In this document: positions 61,760-64,000 of the stretch, piece by piece
How the letters are laid out: each line of letters begins with the position of its first letter
How positions within the stretch are numbered: position 1 is the stretch's first letter
NCBI GenBank assembly: GCA_963717935.1
Contig: CAVQXP010000004.1
Location: 64,001 to 128,000, forward strand
Length of the DNA: 64,000 nucleotides
Reading direction: 5' to 3'
Origin: Candidatus Eiseniibacteriota bacterium
GTDB lineage: Bacteria > Eisenbacteria > RBG-16-71-46
The notes under the pieces: generated by a model
Told to the model about the DNA's origin: nothing
The model's input: the letters and a program-made list of their open reading frames with translations, nothing else
Databases searched by the model: none
Translations under genes and position numbers: made by a program

Positions 61760-62245
61760 ATGCTGACGTTCCAGGAGTTGTACGAGGCTCACGCGGTAGC
61801 CGTGTACCGCTTCGCGCTCTCGCTGACGCGCGACCGGCATCAGGCGGAGGACATCACCTCCGAGACGTTCGTGCGCGCCTGGGCGAGGAACGACCGCATC
61901 CGCACCGAGACCCTCCTGGGTTATCTGTTCACGATCGCCCGCAACCTCTTCCTGGACGGACGCCGGGGCGGCAGGCGGCAGGTCGCCCTGGACGAAGCGC
62001 TCGTGGATCCCGCCCCCGGCCCGGCCGAGCGCGCGGTGGCCGGGATCGCGCTGGAGCGTGCGAATCGGGTGCTGCGCACACTGCCCGAAGCCGACCGCTC
62101 GGCTTTCCTGCTGCGCGTCCAGCAGGACCTGCCTTATGCCGAGGTCGCGCGCGTCCTCGGCATCTCGCTGGTCGCCGCCCGGGTGAGGGTGCACCGCGTC
62201 CGCGCCAGACTGATCGCCGCCTGCATCGGAAAGGAGCCGTCCTGA
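61760..62245 (+). CDS. ECF RNA polymerase sigma factor
   Basis: AEDITSETFVRAW, YLFTIARN and LPYAEVARVLG..RVRVHR.R. Confidence 0.9.
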   Translation: MLTFQELYEAHAVAVYRFALSLTRDRHQAEDITSETFVRAWARNDRIRTETLLGYLFTIARNLFLDGRRGGRRQVALDEALVDPAPGPAERAVAGIALERANRVLRTLPEADRSAFLLRVQQDLPYAEVARVLGISLVAARVRVHRVRARLIAACIGKEPS

Positions 62246-62562
62246 TGGAAGTGACTCGAAACGTGATCCTGGATCTGCTGCCGCTGTATCTGGCGGAGGA
62301 GGCCAGCGCGGACACGCGCGCCCTGGTGCAGAGACATCTCGAGAACGATCCCGAGCTGGCGCGCGCCGCGCGCGAGATGATGGGAGCGGTGTCCTCGCGG
62401 GACGTGCCGGTCCCGCTCAACAAGGAGGCTGGGATGGAGGCCTATCTGGAGGCCAGGCGTCTGCAGTACCGCCGTACCGTGCTGTTCACGGTGACGGGGG
62501 CCGCGATGGGGATCCTGGTCCCGCTCGTGATCGCCGTCCTCTATCTGCTCGTGAAGGGCTAG
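62245..62562 (+). CDS. anti-sigma factor-like membrane protein (Cys-less zf-HC2-like)
   Basis: VILDLLPLYL..EAS..TRALVQRHLENDPEL, C-terminal TM segment; coupled to the sigma gene. Confidence 0.7.
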   Translation: MEVTRNVILDLLPLYLAEEASADTRALVQRHLENDPELARAAREMMGAVSSRDVPVPLNKEAGMEAYLEARRLQYRRTVLFTVTGAAMGILVPLVIAVLYLLVKG

Positions 62563-62664
62563 CCCCGCTGGCAGGGGTGGCGCTTCCCGCCGATCCTCGG
62601 GCCCGCCCGCGGGAACCCGCGGCCGAGCGTCTCGGTCGCGGATTCCTGCTCGCCGTCGCTCGCG

Positions 62665-64000
62665 CTATTCCAGCACCGCCACGCGCGCCACCCGCGTGCT
62701 CGTGCCCTGCCGCAGGCACACCAGGTAGAGCCCCGGTGCAAGGCGGCGCCCCTCGCCAAGGTCGAATGCGTGGTGTCCCGCACCGAGCGGTCCCACCTCG
62801 CGCGCGACGATTCGGCGCCCCGCCACGTCGAGCAGTTCAAGCGAGGCTGGCGCCGCACTTGCGAGCGTGAAGTGCGCCGTCAGCGCACCTCCCGCCGCGG
62901 GATTCGGGCGCACGGGATCGAGCGTCAACGCGAACGAGGCCTCGCCGTCGAGCGTTGGCAGGTCGACCCACACCTCGCCGTAGAAGCCCTCGACGCCCGC
63001 GTCGACGATCCCGAGCCGGTAACCCAGGCGGGTGGCCGTGGCATCGACGCGGTCCGTGTACCGCAGGTAGCCCATGCCGTCCACCGCGACCTCCCCGATC
63101 CGTGTCCACTCTGCACCCACCGAGCACCGGTAGACGGTGGCCACGGCGCTCTCGCTCCCGCCCGCGAACCACGTGAGATCGATGTGGTCCACGCCCACGT
63201 CGACGCTGACGAACGAGAGCAGCACGGGAGTGGTCCCGTCGGCCCAGATCCGCTGGGCGTGGATGTCCCAGTTGCCGCTGCGCTGGTCCTGCCAGGCGAC
63301 GATGGCCCCGGCCGCGCCGTCCGGGACGACGGTGGGGTACCACTGATCGCCGAGGGCGGTGCAGAGGACCTCGCCGTCGGCCGTCCACTGGACCGCGCCG
63401 GCGGCCGAGATCCGCTGGGCGTAGATGTCCCAGTTGACGCCGCGGTTGTCGTCCCAGGTGACGATGACCCCGCCCGCCCCATCCGAGACGAGGGTGGCGT
63501 CTTCCTGCTCGCTGATGTCGGTGCAGAGGGCCACGCCGTTGGCCGTCCACTGGACCGCGCCGGCGGCCGAGATCCGCTGGGCGTAGATGTCGGAGTTGGT
63601 ACCGCTGCGGAAATCGTCCCAGATGACGATGGCCCCGCCCGCGCCGTCCGAGGCGAGGGTGGGCGTGTACTGCTCGCCGGTGGTGGTGCAGAGGGCCACG
63701 CCGTTGGCCGTCCACTGGACCGTGCCGGCGGCCGAGATCCGCTGCGCGTAGATGTCGTAGTTGCCGCTGCGGTAATCGTACCAGGTGACGATGGCCCCGC
63801 CCGCGCCGTCCGAGACGAGGGTGGGGTAGTACTGGTTGCCGGTGGCGGTGCAGAGGACCGCACCGTTGGCCGTCCACTGGACCGCGCCGGCGGCCGAGAT
63901 CCGCTGGGCGTAGATGTCGGAGTTGGTGCCGCTGCGCTCGTCGTACCAGGTGACGATGGCCCCGCCCGCGTCGTCCGAGACGCTGGTGGGGTAGTACTGG
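62665..64000 (-). CDS. secreted beta-propeller-like repeat protein with FlgD/T9SS-type C-terminal domain (5' end outside window)
   Basis: Frame is open to the window end, with 54-55 aa repeats; C-terminal PNP..LELLDVAGR..LAPGLYLV.L. Confidence 0.75.
   Translation of the reverse strand, partial: QYYPTSVSDDAGGAIVTWYDERSGTNSDIYAQRISAAGAVQWTANGAVLCTATGNQYYPTLVSDGAGGAIVTWYDYRSGNYDIYAQRISAAGTVQWTANGVALCTTTGEQYTPTLASDGAGGAIVIWDDFRSGTNSDIYAQRISAAGAVQWTANGVALCTDISEQEDATLVSDGAGGVIVTWDDNRGVNWDIYAQRISAAGAVQWTADGEVLCTALGDQWYPTVVPDGAAGAIVAWQDQRSGNWDIHAQRIWADGTTPVLLSFVSVDVGVDHIDLTWFAGGSESAVATVYRCSVGAEWTRIGEVAVDGMGYLRYTDRVDATATRLGYRLGIVDAGVEGFYGEVWVDLPTLDGEASFALTLDPVRPNPAAGGALTAHFTLASAAPASLELLDVAGRRIVAREVGPLGAGHHAFDLGEGRRLAPGLYLVCLRQGTSTRVARVAVLE
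63245..64000 (-). repeat. 162/165-bp coding tandem repeats (at least 4.5 units)
   Basis: Anchor (g/c)agatccgctg at 63245, 63407, 63569, 63734 and 63896. Confidence 0.9.

Noticed and set aside
63245..64000. Possible CRISPR or DGR template/variable repeats
   Set aside because: These are in-frame protein repeats; differences are not adenine-specific and there is no reverse transcriptase in the window.

Overview
Very GC-rich bacterial chromosome segment from a diderm (lpxH-like gene, several outer-membrane beta-barrels). PorV-like and FlgD/T9SS-type C-terminal-domain proteins suggest an FCB-affiliated candidate lineage such as Eisenbacteria, which is inference only. About 55 CDS plus one initiator tRNA-Met. 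Housekeeping genes include lpdA, eno, ftsB, rlmN, lon/hsp20, degP, an amidase, ppx/gppA, korDABC and a NUDIX hydrolase. Regulators are unusually dense: three sigma-54 enhancer-binding proteins, three histidine kinases, two ECF sigma/anti-sigma pairs and an ArsR protein. Genes at about 10.9-18.2 kb carry many single-base frameshifts, probably assembly errors. No CRISPR, rRNA or transposase was seen. The most notable unannotated signals are non-coding or small. (1) At 1-495, two divergent and mutually similar candidate small RNAs, one behind a near-perfect sigma-54 promoter and one behind a sigma-28-like promoter. (2) At 21.2-25.8 kb, a small secreted peptide gene, a TPR-GAF-sigma-54 activator, a sigma-54-promoted structured candidate ncRNA of about 330 nt, and a sigma-54 operon of secreted proteins sharing a CxDCH...DPYYxxC motif. 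Together these may form a peptide-responsive sigma-54 signalling circuit.
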